Shown here one piece after another: positions 63,097-64,000 of a stretch of DNA of 64,000 nucleotides. Below the pieces are notes generated by a model. It was not told the DNA's origin, made no database searches, and was given only the letters and a program-made list of their open reading frames with translations. Each line of letters begins with the position of its first letter. Position 1 is the stretch's first letter. Both the position numbers and the translations under genes were made by a program. The stretch comes from Tubulanus polymorphus (taxonomy: Eukaryota; Animalia; Nemertea), in NCBI RefSeq assembly GCF_964204645.1, contig NC_134036.1:2604001-2668000 (forward strand), given 5' to 3'.

Positions 63097-63390
63097 TTCA
63101 CAGTAGCTCAATAAATTCATTTTAAAGCAATTATCAGCATTGATAGATTACTGACATCCATTCTGGTAGGGGCAGCGGGTATTTAAGCTTAATTTTGTAA
63201 TCTTCTATTTTTCACAGTAGCTCAATAAATTCATTTTAAAGCAATTATCAGCATTGATAGATTACTGACATCCATTCTGGTAGGGGCAGCGGGTATTTAA
63301 GCTTAATTTTGTAATCTTCTATTTTTCACATTGGCTCAATAAATTCATTTCAAAATACTGACATCCATTCTGGTAGGGACAGCAGATATT
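63097..63390. repeat. 114-bp tandem duplication (2 full copies plus a partial)
   Basis: TTCACAGTAGCTCAATAAATTCATTTTAAAGC at 63097 and 63211; degenerate copy at 63325. Confidence 0.9.
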
Positions 63391-64000
63391 TCATGAGGGG
63401 TGGCTGATTTTCAGAGGGGTGGATTTGAAAATAAAAAGGGGTGGCCGCCCCTCTCTAAAACCTGTTAAATATCTAAATCCTGGTTAACTTGGAAAAAAAC
63501 AGAGAATTTAAGTGAAATGAATTTTTTTTTTGCAGTTTTTGGGAAAAACCTTACAGTTTCAAAATTGAACTGTCAATTTCCCTATAATCAAAATATTTGT
63601 ACCGTTTTCATATTCTATTGGTCTTATCTTCAAATCCATATTGTTTTCAACCTTTTTCGCTATCATTTTACCAGATAACTATACATTATATTATACATAT
63701 AGTGAAGTCATATAAGTATTAATACCCCAGGAACTGAAGAGATAAGACAAGACAAAAGTTTATCCCTAATCTTATCATTCACTCTAGAGTATAATACTTA
63801 AAACACTCAAATGAAGTATGCGTACGTGTGATAAAATTAGAAAAACTTCGCATTAAAAATGAATATGAAATCTTTTCATTTTATGATTCTTCATCCATAA
63901 CATTATATATAAATTAAAAAGTCAATGGCCTTCGGAAAATGTTTCAATATGCATCGACACGTAACGAATGTGAAATGCAGATTAATTTATTTCCTACAAA

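Overview
This is AT-rich, intron-rich animal genomic DNA, probably from a marine invertebrate bilaterian (inference), not a prokaryote. It holds four protein-coding genes. (1) The 3' part of an intronless, divergent secretin/adhesion-class (7tm_2-like) GPCR on + (<1-1571), whose C-terminus has been replaced by a MITE insertion. (2) A small spliced gene missed by the ORF track (+, coding exons 3852-3993, 4424-4459, 4555-4619). It encodes an 80-aa prepro-peptide predicted to release a cyclic amidated peptide, SARPDWNCYMFNCVDT-NH2, with an oxytocin/vasopressin-like ring but no neurophysin. (3) GPN-loop GTPase 2 (-, 5071-6582). (4) Most of a VPS13A/C-type lipid-transfer gene (-, 9559 to beyond 61909). 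I traced 70 frame-consistent coding exons totalling 9506 nt (~3170 codons); the first exons appear to lie beyond the window. VPS13 introns also contain about a dozen candidate in-frame micro/cassette exons, a possible alternative terminal exon, a cluster of four RFX X-box motifs, and many MITEs and minisatellites. All splice models were read by eye and need RNA evidence.
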